Shown here: positions 12,995 through 26,791 of the stretch, piece by piece
Layout: each line of letters starts with the position of its first letter
Numbering within the stretch: the first letter of the stretch is position 1
Source of the DNA: Octopus sinensis
Lineage: Eukaryota
Direction: 5' to 3'
DNA length: 64,000 bases
Assembly: GCF_006345805.1 (NCBI RefSeq)
Contig: NC_043003.1
Span: 38,254,001 to 38,318,000, forward strand
Position numbers and translations under genes: made by a program
Notes under the pieces: generated by a model
Database searches by the model: none
What the model was told of the DNA's origin: nothing
Seen by the model: only the letters and a program-made list of their open reading frames with translations

Positions 12995-13118
12995 TATGTA
13001 GGATATACATACATATTTATATATTATATATATATATATATATATTCTATTATATATATATATAATATAGATATATATATATATATATATATATATATGG
13101 TGTAAACTGTGTGTGTAT

Positions 13119-13158
<40 letters not shown>

Positions 13159-13229
13159 TGTGTGTGTGTGTATGGATATATATTATATATATATATTTGG
13201 GTGTGGTGTGTGTGTATGGATATATATAT

Positions 13230-13261
<32 letters not shown>

Positions 13262-13263
13262 AT

Positions 13264-13314
<51 letters not shown>

Positions 13315-13726
13315 TGTGTGTATGTGAAGAAAGAGATAGTCGGTGGGTGTGATTGTGTATGTGTGTGTGTGTTTGAAGAATGATTTCTTTAATTTAAAAA
13401 CTATTAATTACATAAAAGAAAGCTTAATAAACAGAATGAGGCAAATCATTTTCCTATTGCATTGTCTTCAGACACATGCATTATGGGATAATCTCTGCAG
13501 AAGAAGTTGCTTACACCATAACACATGTGTTTGAAAAGCTATAAATAGCGAAAGCGCTTACATTATACGAAAATTTCCTTTTAAGAGATTTGTGGCATTC
13601 TGTATTTTCGAAGAATTTTATAGAATTAACATTTTTTAATTAAAAAAATACCCAGACGTTATGAAACCTTGTGCGCGCGTATATATATATATAGGTGTGT
13701 GTGGTTTGTGTGTATGGTGTGTACAT

Positions 13727-13767
<41 letters not shown>

Positions 13768-13768
13768 T

Positions 13769-13803
<35 letters not shown>

Positions 13804-14050
13804 ATATATAAATATATTATAATTTATATATATTAAATAATATATAATAGATATATATATTATATATATATATAATATATACATATATATAATATATTAT
13901 ATTAGTGTATATGGTTTCATTCACGTGCGTTAACTACAGCATTAGAGCATTTTAGCTCGTATTTCTAGCAATGTAGGTATTTCTTAACACCCTAGTCACA
14001 TTTAGTGATATTTATAATTCTCCTTTATCGTGAAATATTGCAACCCGCTT

Positions 14051-14154
<104 letters not shown>

Positions 14155-14926
14155 TGCGTGTGTATAGGTATATGTATCTATGTATAATATGTATATTTAT
14201 ATACGTACATATATACATACACGCGCACACGTACGCACGTACACACACATATTTATAATGGCGAAGGAAGATGTTCACGCACGTGTTGGTGTATTCATGT
14301 GCGTGATGGGTTTAATAGGGCGTGTGCTGGTGTGTAAGTGCACACGTGCGTATATGCACACACACACACACACACACATTTATTCATTCAGCACATTTCC
14401 CAGCGCTAAATGTTGCTTCACACCATAAAAATGTAATGTAAAAACGATTCTTCCTCTTCCTCCAAACTTGATCTCTTTCAGATATATCCTCTATAAAACA
14501 ATATCACTAATTTATTCAGTCTCAGCGATTTAAATCTCTTAATTAAATCTCACACTCTGTTCATCAGACGCTTCGTTCTCAAAATTATGCATCACCTGAA
14601 CATTGAATAAAACTTCAATAACCCGAAACGATGCTATTTGCTTAACATTTAAATGTTAAATGTTGGACGTTGCTACCGTGTGAGTTGCACGAGGACCAAC
14701 AGCAGGTTTAAAAGTGAAGCTAATATGAGACGCCTGTTCGTCGTTGTAATAAGGACAATAAATTATACGATGTTAGCAATATACTTAAATTAGTCTGCTT
14801 AGGAAATACGTGAGAATTGTCTCACTGCTCTATAATTAATATAGCGTGTAGATTTGAGTCTGTGTGTATGCGTGTAGGCGAATGCGTGTGTTTAATACAC
14901 GTACACACACACGTACAGTTGTTTTG

Positions 14927-14972
<46 letters not shown>

Positions 14973-15032
14973 AGTAGTTGAATGAATTATCTTAGTATGG
15001 ATAATTCGGTTAACTCCATTCTTTCATTTATT

Positions 15033-15079
<47 letters not shown>

Positions 15080-15110
15080 GTGTGAGTGTGTGTGTGTATG
15101 TATACATACA

Positions 15111-15142
<32 letters not shown>

Positions 15143-15346
15143 CATTTGTATATATAAGGTATGTTATGTAGAAAAGACAGATAAGCAAATGAAGGCTTAA
15201 GGAGAATATTCACATAGAAAGTTACATATACAAATAACTGAATGATGTAATCAAGTCTTATCTTTTCAGCTGTTCAGGTACTGTATCCATGTATGAACAC
15301 ATAAATTCGCACACACACACACACACACACACGCCCCCCCCCACGT

Positions 15347-15670
15347 ACAGGAATCACTCGCGTTAAAAGTCTTATAGTCCCTGAAAACGTGCCGTAATTC
15401 AAACTGATTTAATATTTTGGCAACGAGGATGACTTTTTACCTTTCTACATCAAGTCTTTTTAAACATCAAGTTAAATATCTAGTAGAACGCTTTTTACTG
15501 TTCCTCTCCGCAACAGTACCTTCGGTTCTCCTCAATGACTTCTTTCCAGACATCTTGAATTGTAGGTAAATCTGGCAGTGCCGCTGATCAGCAATTATCC
15601 ACAACAAATATGTAGTAAAAAAAAGAATATATAGTGCGAAGTAAGAACTGCTGTGTGAAAGCAAAATATT
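15347..15670 (-). mobile_element. Tigger-like non-autonomous remnant
   Basis: ta|caggaatcactcgcgtt terminus at 15345; minus-strand MSGKKSLRRTEGTVAERNSKKRST resembles a Tigger transposase N-terminus. Confidence 0.4.
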
Positions 15671-16149
15671 CGCATGAATGTAAGAATGAAAATGTGATAA
15701 TGAATAAGTGAAGGAATGCGATGGGAGAAAGTACTATGTATTTACAGTTAGTTGAAGGGTTACCAGATTCATAGACACTTTACCCTTTGCACCTCTGACT
15801 TGAACTATCAAAATTCCATACTCTACTCCCACATACATGAACGCGCACATAGACAAATACGCGTGCATGCACACTCTGTGTTGACATACGACGTATGTAG
15901 CTACAGGTATTGCTATCATACTGTTACTATTAGTGGTGTTGCCAATTGGTTAGTCAAAAGATGCCAATTGATTATTCAGAAGTTAAAAATGGTAGTGATT
16001 TTTGTTGTATTGGTTTTCATGTTTTCATGTTGGTGATGGTAGGAGTATTGTTGATAGTAGCTCTGGGTATATTGTTTATTATGTGTTGAAGAGAGGCGGG
16101 GGTATGAGATAGTACAACAACTGTATCTCAGCATACTATATCTCGTACA

Positions 16150-17400
16150 CCCTGGTCGCAAGGAATTTTGATGTGGTTTTCAGGCGGTGAGATGCTGCCA
16201 ACATGGTGGTACTTGACACGAATTCCGTCTTCTTCGGTGAATTGTTTCCTGGAAAGAAGGGTTGCAACCACCAAGTAAATGTTAAACAGCAGAGGGGCAA
16301 GGACACATCTTTGTTTTACTCCACTAGGACATCAAAGGGATCTGAGGTTTCACCTCCCATTGTTACTTTCGTTTGTATAAAATCATGAAACTTCTGGACA
16401 AACGAGAGAAACGTTGTTGAACAGCCAAACTTCTGAAGCAGGCGCCACAACATGGGACAATTAACTGTGTCAGATACCTTTGTTAGATCAATGAAAGTGT
16501 ATCATCTGTTTCTCTGCAGTTCACAAACCTTCAAGAAGACGCGTCACAAATATCATGTCAGAGGTACTTCTTTCTAGTCGAAATCCATATTGAAATCCAA
16601 GCATAATCCAGATAACATGAAGTAGAAGACGTCGGAGGAGAATAGGAGAGAAGATCTTGCTGGCATAACCCAAAAGAGAGGATACCCTGCTGTTGCCTCA
16701 CTCTGCACGGTCTCCCTTGCACTTGTAGACTGCACAGTTGGAATGTTTCTACTTGCCAGGTATAGTCTTTCTCTGCCAACAGAAAAGAAACAAAGAGTGA
16801 AGATGGGATATGAGGTAAGGCTCGCCATACTTGTAGATCCCATCTGGAATTCAATCTTTGCCGGGAGACTTCTTGTTTTTGTGATTTTGTTGTTGGTGGG
16901 GTTCTCAAGTTCTGTCGGGATAGGAAGACCTGGAATCACTTCAAGTGCTGTGGGGTCCGTGGGGACTATCCGATTCAGAGGATCTCTGACACTGGTCTCC
17001 ACAATGAGGAGATACTTCGTTTGATCTTTGCATCTTTCGGGAGACTCAGCAAACGAGTCTTTTGGAGCAAGAACCTTTGAGAAAGTACAAAAATCTCCAT
17101 TTATCGAGCTGCCTATTTATCCACCTTCCTGTACAAGTTTGAGTGCTGGATCCTTTACTGGCGCAAGGTCAGACAACCAGGAGCGTTCCATATCAAATCG
17201 CTCCAAAGTATCCTTGGTTTTTCTTGGCAAGACTTTCATACTCAAATCCTCCTGAGGGTTGGAATCTACAACGTTGAAGCCTGCGTCCTCCGTCGTCTTC
17301 TCAGTCGGGTTGGACATCTGATTCGGATGCCGGGAAACCGACTCCAAAGGACGGTCCTCTTCAGCCTGATCGAGACTGGATACATGCCATATTGATGTTC
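16150..17400 (-). mobile_element. Decayed RTE-clade LINE (linker + reverse transcriptase N-half)
   Basis: Across frames: DPLNRIVPTDPTALEVIPGLP; NKKSPGKD*IPDGIYKYG..LHSLFLFCW..VYKCKGDRAE*GNSRVSSLL..SKIF; DMIF; FIDLTKVSDTVN..LW..LQKFG; GVKQRCVLAPLLFNIYL. Confidence 0.85.
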
Positions 17401-17428
17401 AAAAGTGCTCAAATAAATGAGACAAGGA

Positions 17429-17679
17429 TAATTAAACACTGGTCAAAGAACAAACATTAAAATGAGTTAACAACTTTATTTACGGTATCAAACCTCCAAC
17501 ATAATTCATATATAAATAAATATTACCATGGCTTTGATGATATATAAATAATATATAAATCAAAATATTTTGATTTCTATATTATTATATTATGAAAGCC
17601 ATGGTAATGTATGATGGAGGTCTGATACGTATATTAAGCCGTTAACTCATTTTAATGTGTGTTCCATGACCAGTGTTTA

Positions 17680-17683
<4 letters not shown>
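17429..17683. mobile_element. Fold-back MITE, TA-bounded
   Basis: taattaaacactggtca..acattaaaatgagttaac..tatca.acctcca..attaccatggcttt mirrored at 17590-17683. Confidence 0.75.
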
Positions 17684-17756
<73 letters not shown>

Positions 17757-18559
17757 TTATATACAAAGAGAGGGAGGAGAGATAGATGTATATATACTTT
17801 TTGAGCTAGCATGATCTCTTCCACCCCACCACGCCAAAAACTATATATAATAAAACCCTTCTATCAACAAACATTTTTATTAGAAGACGTGTATCTTACA
17901 CCTCATTAACGCCACCATCTGGTCATTAGATTTCTGACGAAAGGTCAACTATTTAAATGGCTTCACAAAACACTCCTTTAACACCCCACCATCTCCCAAC
18001 TCCTCTTCTAATCAAGTATCTTGTGTTGACCATTAATTACTTTCACTCTCACAATGATTAACAAACCTGAACCCCACTCCAAACACACCCAGATCCGATA
18101 AATAGAATCACAAGCCCCAAATCCTCTGATCTGTTTGACAGCGAATGCGAGAAAGTTCTCCAAAAATGTTAACAAGGAATTAAAAAATAAAGTCATCTAT
18201 GTAACATATTACAGTCAGTAGATACGGTTTTATTCTAAATCAGTATCTATTGCACATAGCAGAATTTTATTCAGCCCGGTGGCTATTCGCAAAGCCAGTT
18301 AATGCTTATTTACCGTTTTTCTTTATACTGTACGCGATCAATCTCGTCTACGCATATAGCTGAGTGTTTTACACGCCATTAATATAGCCCAACGGAGTCG
18401 AAATGCATCTGGCGTTTTTGCTATACGCTGCTGGGACGCCTTCCGATATATATGACGGTATTAAACATAACACGTGCATAATAGGAATTAATCCTTGGGC
18501 GAATACTACTGTGAATTTGCCTTTCAACGATATTCTATTTTTCTTTTATTCTTTTACTT

Positions 18560-18910
18560 GTTTCAGTCATTTGACCTCGGTCATGCTGGAGCACCACCAT
18601 TAAAGTTTTTTTAATTCTTTGTAGGCCTAGTACTTATTCTATGGTCACTTTTGCCGAACCACTAAGTTACGGTGACATAAACTTATCAACAAGTGATGGT
18701 GGGGGTCAAACACAGACACAAAGACACACACACAGATACATATATATATATATATGTGTACGACAGGCTTCTTTCAGTTTCCGCCTATCAAATCCGCTCA
18801 CAAGGCTTTGGTAGGTCCGAGGCTATAGTAGAGGACACTTGCCCAGGATGTCACGCAGAGGGACTGAACTCAGAACCATGTGGTTGGCAAGCAAGCTTCT
18901 TACCGCACAT
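18560..18910 (-). mobile_element. SINE family A
   Basis: cttgtttcagtcattt..catgctggagcacc..gacaggcttctttcagtttccg..cttgcccaggatg..agaaccatgtggttggcaagcaagcttcttacc. Confidence 0.8.
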
Positions 18911-19618
18911 AGAAAGCTATTTAATTTAATAATACCTCTATTGCATATAACGGTTAAATACACACACACACACACACACACACACACCACACACACACAC
19001 ATACACACACACACACACACACATACACACACACACATATATATATCTGCGTTGCACGCGCAGAACTTGGAAGTCACTTGCATTTTTCTCCTGCCTGCTG
19101 ATATTTTAACATTCTATTAAGAATAAATAAAATATTTTTGCTCCTGATCGAAATCGCATTTCCTACGAGGCTATTTCGATAGAAAAAAAAAAACCCGTGG
19201 CTGAAATGAAAAATAAAAATTTGACTTTATCTGGTGCATAACCACAGATACTTATTTGTATATAGACGTACGCCTTTGCTTCGTATGGTTATGTATAAGT
19301 ATCTGTGATTATGTTTCTTTGAGTATTGTGCTGAAGATGGGAAATAAGTTCTTTTTATTGCTTTAATCTCAAAATTGAACCCAAATTCACAATTTACTGT
19401 GATGTTTTATTTAGTATTTTTCATTTGCTCACTTGCAGCCCGTATTTTTTTAGGAGTTATACACTATTTTTTTTACCGCCTTTGGTGTCTTCTTTCAGCA
19501 TGTTGGAGAAGGTTCTTTCCTGATACCTTTAATGTAATTATATAATTTATGTATATAATTATTAATTTAGTATATATATATAATTAGTGTTAAGTGTCGG
19601 GAAAAAGAGTACTTTATA

Positions 19619-19948
19619 CTATTAGGTGCACAGGATTTTCAAGCAAGTTATGGCTGAAAATTATGGGATTCGCATGTCTATATATAATTTTCTTATCAAA
19701 GGGTTTTGTGTTGAGAGAAAGTATGATAACGAGGGAAAAAGAGAGGAAACAAAGAAAAGAAAAAGAAATAGGAAAATGACAGAAGATTAAGAAGGTGAAA
19801 AAAAGAAGATATTTATGCGTAAATATATGTATATAAATATCATGCTTTCTCTCCACCACAACACCCTATGACAAGAAAACTATATATAGATATGCAACTC
19901 CCATAAATTTTCAGCCATAACTCGCCTGAAGATCCTGTGTACCTATAG
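19619..19948. mobile_element. MITE with ~110-bp terminal inverted repeats
   Basis: ctattaggtgcacaggattttcaagcaagttatggctgaaaattatggga...gagagaaagtatgata (19619-19728) matches the reverse complement of 19838-19948. Confidence 0.75.
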
Positions 19949-20031
19949 ACGAAACGCGCCCAAAATCAAATATATTAATCTCTATTATACTATAGAGTAT
20001 TCTTTTTCCCGCCGCTTAACACTTATATATA

Positions 20032-20120
<89 letters not shown>

Positions 20121-20783
20121 CGCCAACACGTGACCGAAAGTTCCGGGTCAGTATTACGTCCACTTCTGCTGTATCCAGTGCGGTTAGGCGAGAGGCATGA
20201 AACCGCGGGATAATATTTACATACATACAAAGAGAGAGAGAGAAAGAGAGGAGAGAGAGAGAGAAAGAGAGAGAGAGAGAAAGAGGGGGAGAGAAAGAGG
20301 GAGAGGAAGAGAGACGGAAATAATATTAAGATACAAGGATGTGTATAAGAAGCGGTAATGATGGTAGAAGAGTGTGATAATGGAGAGAAATGAACGTAGG
20401 GAAATCAGGATTGGCGAGAGAAAAGATACCGGAACTGTTTAAACTAATCATTGCAGGCAGTCAAGTTTATTTACTGAAAATGAAGAGATTTTCATTGGTG
20501 TGAACAATTTTATGAGTATCCGCATTAAATCATTGAGAGAGAAGACCATTGAAAGAAAGAAAAAAAGAAATAGAATCAAACAAAAGGGAAATACAAATGA
20601 ATAAATATATGAATATGATGTGAAATTTCTAAACATATTAACAGTATTCAATTTGTATTTGTTTATTTATTAACAATTTAGTGTACGGAAACTCGTTGTT
20701 ACTTACTGTAAACATAAAAAACAAGTCCGTTCACAATGACAGCAATTTGCAGGTGACTAACAGTTTGGGAAAATTAGAGAGCG

Positions 20784-20835
<52 letters not shown>

Positions 20836-21207
20836 TTGAGTGGTCACGTGGCATTGATAGTTTTTTTTTTAAGTGGAGCGAATGATTTAGTATTCATAGT
20901 TTTAAAATAGCAGCATGTAATTTGTTCAACTCCATAACTGGTAACCAAATCATACGAAAGCCGAGCCAGCGTAAGAGTTTCTATGTCGGTCATGAACAAA
21001 CTGCAGCCTGTGGGACTTTCTGAATGGCACTTGTTAGATGTCAAATCCATTATCGCACTGAAGGAAAAGACAGGTAGGTGCAAAGACATGCATATAGAAT
21101 ACTTTATTAGTACATATTTCAAATAACCAAACATTAGACGCCCCTTCAAAGCGTACGGCTACAAGATAAACCCAATTTCTCATTTCAGCCTTTAGAAAAA
21201 AACACTT

Positions 21208-22320
21208 TGTAGCAGTGCAGTCGAACTACTTCGCTCCAGTGTAGCAGCACACTAGCGCTGCGTCCCTCTGTCCTTTAGAAGTTAGCGGCGGAAGAATACG
21301 ATGACTTCCGCCCAGCACAACTGGTGCCAAAAATTCAAGTGAGAAAAATTACCTGCTGGCTAGGAGCTAGAAGGTTAACACGCCATCATCAACTGTCCAG
21401 TGAGTTCGGTACACGGGATGACACGCTGATGAGTTACGCATACACTCACTTGGAAACAACTTATTGCATTTTCTCTTTCATACAGCGTATGAATTTCTAC
21501 TGCTTTCTAGTGAGCGAACTCTTTTCTCTGCCAGCATCACTCCAGCAGATCGTTATTTCTATTGTCGCATACATCCTTGTACACAAGTGAAAATCATCAT
21601 TACACTGTGTTATCCTCTCTTTAAATAAATGTGTTACTTTGACCCCAAAAGATGCCTTCTGATCAACTCATTTCCACTCACTTACATACACCATCCCTGA
21701 ATACATTACATTAATACCATAAAGATCGCTTTTGCTATAGTGGTAACCTTTCACGTTACATTGGTGAAGCCGACGTCCAAATATTTTCTTTGGAAATATT
21801 CCCAAAATGAAAACAACGAAACACAGAAAAAGAGAGAGAACACAAAACAGAGATGACCACTCACAAATATCCTGATGTCCCTCGTGCGAACAGCTATTGC
21901 ATATTTACCTTTCCACTGACACCGTTGAACTGTTGTTTTCCATGCTGTACCCACGTGGGTGAATATTTTTTCTCACATTTCAAAATGGCTACCCGGCTTT
22001 AACTATGGCTCGATTGTATAATACGCATGCGCGTGGGTGCCTAACTACACAGTTTTTTCCCGTTCGCCGACATTGATAAAAAAAAAACTATCATTGAGGA
22101 TTAACATTCTTTTATTTTCCGCGGACTGTGCTCGCCTGTTTTCAGTGGTGATGTTTGACTTTGGTTCGCTCTGATGGACTCGTATTTCGTGGTTCATAGC
22201 ATTACGTCCGAGCAGCAACAGCTGGATATTATACTGAACTCCATTCTTTCTTCCCTGGCGAGTCATCTCAAGGATCTCACCACTGACACCCCAAAAGACG
22301 CCACTTATTTATCAATCATG
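21208..22320 (+). mobile_element. Gypsy-like LTR retrotransposon 5' stub: LTR + PBS + gag fragment
   Basis: LTR-like TGTAGC(21208)...GCTATA(21739) with AATAAA near 21625, then a TGGTAACC PBS-like site at 21741. Plus frame 22135-22310 reads PVFSGDV*LWFALMDSYFVVHSITSEQQQLDIILNSILSSLASHLKDLTTDTPKDATY, like the Gypsy gag LWF..E..F..ITS N-terminus. Confidence 0.65.
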
Positions 22321-22654
22321 TTCAGAGTGTGAAAATTTTACATATTAGTCTAGAGTTCGAAAGAAGACTAATGTAAAAATTTTGGCTGAGAGAAATGGCA
22401 ACAGTATGATTATTACTAGCAGAAACCTCGCCTTTCGGGCGGTTTTCTGCTAGTCACTCGATAATATTTCCGCATTTGATTCCCAATTCTAATCATTTTT
22501 ATATTTTACGTCTAATTATTTCTTTGTATAATAGTTCTCACTTGCTTAGTAAATATTGCTGTCTTTATTTTATCCGACATAATCTCTCTTTTTTAAAGAG
22601 TCAATCTATTATATATGTATTTATTAATAATTGGTACAACTTACATAGGTGCGT

Positions 22655-22703
<49 letters not shown>

Positions 22704-22725
22704 CAATAGATAGATAGATAGACAA

Positions 22726-22762
<37 letters not shown>

Positions 22763-22813
22763 CAAATAGATAGATAGATAGATAGATAGACAAATAGATA
22801 GATAGATAGACAA

Positions 22814-22879
<66 letters not shown>

Positions 22880-22915
22880 GGATGGATAGACGGACGGACG
22901 GATGGATGGATGGAT
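22655..22915. repeat. (TAGA)n / (GGAT)n tetranucleotide array
   Basis: Directly visible. Confidence 0.95.
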
Positions 22916-23179
22916 CACACTCACTCGCACACAAAAATCTGGTGCAGTGAGAACACATGGAAATAGCGTTTCGTTACTTTTTCAAATATACCTAAATTTA
23001 AAATGATCTAATATAAGGATATCATTAATTCGGCATGTGTTGAAATATGCCAAAACAATTTAATTCCGCACAAATATATGTTACTTTACATATAATTTAT
23101 GTGTTAATTCTATTTACTGAAACTTGCTAAAAAGCATATTTTGTTTTAAAGTAGTATCTATTTGTAGACACAATTATCA

Positions 23180-24340
23180 GTAATTATACTGTTTCCATTT
23201 CTCTCAGCCAATATTTTACATTAGCCTTCTTTCGAACTCTAGATAATTCAACATACAGCTGACCATGTAAGAAGAATTGTGTTGGAAGATATATTCCAGT
23301 TTGTTCAAAAATCTGTCCCCGTGCCTTTTTGCACGTCAAGGCAAAAGCTGACTTGACAGAAAATTGTTTGCGTGTAAATATAAATGGAAATTCTATTTCT
23401 TGAGATACATGTGGTATTCTTGGAACTAGCAGAGTTGATCCTGCATAAGGACCAGAAGCAACCTCAGCTTCACTAACATAATTATGTAAACTGACAATGG
23501 TGTAGTGTGTGCTATTGCAATGTCCATTAGTAGCATCTAAATTTCTCAGAAGCATTATGCATCGTTTTTTCTTCAGTTTGAGAATGTGTGGTGAAAACCC
23601 TGATGGTGTAAGTTTGTTGATGAACTCGATTGGGTATAGAGTTTCATTATCGACTGTATCTGAGCTTCTGTATATTTTTTTAGCTCACCAGGGATCATGG
23701 TCAACAGAAAATCATTCACAAATTGTGCTGCTTCATTTGTTGGAGTAACGATGGTTCTATTTGCAAGCCACACAGGGTTTGTGAAGTTATTTTTGAGGTC
23801 AGCATATACAAAATCACATAGATCTGAAAGAGTACTACTTTCAAGGTAAGGGTCATTGGGTAGTTTAAATTTGAATTTCCCTTGGCTTTGTTCAACGGAA
23901 ATGTTACCATTTCCTAAATCAAGAAGATAAGTAGAAAACTCTCTTTCATCAGAATGATTGATTGTCAACTCCACTACTTCCACATGATCGCAAAGAAAAG
24001 ATCTCTTTAGTGTTGCATCAACAATTTGTGATCTGACACCATTATTTTGAAGGAGAGTGTTCACCTCTCGAGATACCTTAATGTGTAGCAGAAACAGAAT
24101 CATGTCTACGTCTCCGTGCATATTCAGGCATCTGTTTCAGTCGCTTTGCCCTGGTCTCATCTGTTTCAGTTGCCCGTCTTTCTCTCTGCCGTTGTACCTT
24201 TGCTGCTTTTTCAGTCGCATATTATATATAAATGAAAGCTCGTTAAAAACTATCTCGTTTAGCGTGCTAGAAATAGCAGCGATCACGTAGTTATTATTAT
24301 AAGGTTTATAGCGTTCCAAGTACCCATACCAACAAAATAA
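23180..24340 (-). mobile_element. Helitron RepHel remnant (Pif1-like helicase)
   Basis: FSTYLLDLGNG; WLANRTIVTPTNE..VNDFLL; LLRNLDATNGHCN; VPRIP..FPFIFTRKQFSVKSAFALTCKKARGQ..GIYL..FLHGQLYVELSRV (Pif1 C-terminal motifs), with frameshifts. Confidence 0.9.
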
Positions 24341-24552
24341 CTTCTTCATTAAAATAAAAAAAATATACCGGTATATTAAAGAATTTTCATTTTATCAAAA
24401 ATATTAATTTAACAAACTCCGGAATATGATAATATTTTGGAAATTGTGCCTCGTATCGAAGTTATACAGCTATTTTGTGTAACAACATGCATTCATTCAA
24501 CACAAAATCACTTAAAAATTATACCAGTATATTAAAAAAAATTTTCATTTTA

Positions 24553-25130
24553 TCAAAAACTAGCACTATGACCCTTTTGGATGCACTTGGCCCGGCGGTC
24601 CACAAGCTTGCGTACTCCCTTCAAGAAGAAGGTTTTCGGTTGGTCGTGCAGCCATTTATGCACCGCTTCTTTCACATCTTCATCCGTAGGAAATCGACGA
24701 CATCGCAAACCATCTTTGAGCGGCCCCAAAAATTGATTGTCGGAAGGGGCGAGATCTGGGGTGTAGGCAGGGTATTCTAGCCCTTCAAAACCCAATCGGG
24801 TAATGGTTTCAACGGTCTGGGTGGTCGTGTGTGGGCTTGCATTGTCATGCAACAACAAAACTTTCTTCGACAATACGCTTCGGTGTTTGGTGCGAATTGC
24901 TGGCTTCTGTTTGTTGGCCAGCAAAGCAATGTATCTTGCACTGTTGATCATACACCCCTTTTCCAGAGAAATCGGATCGCCCCACTTTGTTCTTATTTGG
25001 TACACATTGCAAGTGGAGCGGCCATGCATACACTGTAAAGCCAGAAAGAGAAATGGTGTGATCAGGCTCAAACTTTGATCAAGTAACCACAATAGTACCA
25101 ACTGTAACCAGGCATGCGCAGAAGGCAGTG
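24553..25130 (-). mobile_element. Mariner transposase C-terminal fragment (DD34D)
   Basis: LLLHDNASPHT..LEYPAYTPDLAPSD..GPLKDGL..DEDVKEAVHKWL..KLVDR..KCI. Confidence 0.9.
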
Positions 25131-25231
25131 TGACAATAATAAAGATATGTTATGGCGAAAATGCGGATAATTTTTGACTTCCCTTTGTAAATTTCCTCAG
25201 CCAATCACTGTCTGACTACTGCTGATATATA

Positions 25232-26136
25232 TTAGGTTGAGGAAAACGTTCGTGCGCCGTGTTAAAATAATGATTTTTTATGCAGGAATTTATTCAAAAA
25301 CAACTATTCTTCAAAATAAAGACCATAGTTTCCCACGACATTCTGCCAACGATCTGCAAGCTTTCGGATTTGGTCAAAGCACCAATCCTTCCGCTTTGAA
25401 TCGAAAAATTCTTGACAGGCTTCTTCAACTTCATCGAATGTCTCAAACCAGCGACCTTTCATAAAGTGCTGCATTGATTGGAAGAAACCATGGTCAGATG
25501 GTGCAACGTCTGGACTATAGGCTGGATGCGGCAGAACTTCCACAACGTCCAATTCTTCAATCTTGTTGCTGGTCTTTCTTATTTCTTATTTCTTTATTGC
25601 CCACAAGGTGCTAAACACAGAGGGGATAAACAAGGACGGACAAACGGATTAAATCGATTACATCGACCCAAGTGCGTAACTGGTACTTAATTTATCGATC
25701 CCGAAAGGATGAAAGGCAAAGTCGACCTCGGCGGAATTTGAACTCAGAACGTAACGGCAGACGAAATACGGCTACGCATTTCGCCCGGCGTGCTAACGTT
25801 TCTGCCAGCTCGGCGCCTTATTTATTATTATTATTTTTTGGTGGGCAACGTGAAATAAAGTGTTTTGCTCAAGAACACAACGCGTCGTCCGGTCCAGGAA
25901 TCGAAACCACAATCTTACGATCATGATGCTGACACACTAACCACTAAGCCACGCGCCTCCACAGTTGCTGGTCTTTCTGGTAGTATGCGGTTTTGCATTG
26001 TCTTGGGACAAAGCGCGTTTTCGACGAACACAGTGAATCACAATTGAACATGACATGAACTGAATGAACACACACCACAAAAATATATAAAAAAGCATTA
26101 TTTTAACACGGCGCAGGAACTTTTTCCTCAACCTAA
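25232..26136 (-). mobile_element. Internally deleted mariner element with TIRs and TA TSD, interrupted by SINE sequence
   Basis: ta|ttaggttgaggaaaa.gttc.tgcgccgtgttaaaataatg ... cattattttaacacggcgcaggaactttttcctcaacctaa|ta. Fragments ALSQDNAKPHT and LPHPAYSPDVAPSD..KLADRW..V..YGLYFEE. Confidence 0.9.
25580..25963 (-). mobile_element. Composite SINE insertion (tRNA-like head + family B SINE) with 15-bp TSD
   Basis: Direct repeat gttgctggtctttct at 25565-25579 and 25964-25978. Head ggaggcgcgtggcttagtggttag..ggtttcgattcctgg has A- and B-box-like motifs. Confidence 0.8.
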
Positions 26137-26149
26137 TATCACCTTTCAC

Positions 26150-26680
<531 letters not shown>

Positions 26681-26695
26681 CGCATATATACGTAT

Positions 26696-26735
<40 letters not shown>

Positions 26736-26759
26736 GTACGTACATAGATACATACACAT

Positions 26760-26791
<32 letters not shown>

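Noticed and set aside
16558-17347. ORFs that at first looked like novel or viral proteins (METSVRDPLN..., MESVSRHPNQ...)
   Set aside because: They are partly in-frame, partly off-frame pieces of a decayed RTE LINE; RT motifs appear in adjacent frames.
22045-22266. 73-aa minus-strand ORF
   Set aside because: Antisense shadow of the Gypsy gag fragment on the plus strand.
25845-25963. tRNA-like sequence with A and B boxes
   Set aside because: No complete cloverleaf could be drawn; it continues into SINE body sequence, so it is a SINE head rather than a tRNA gene.
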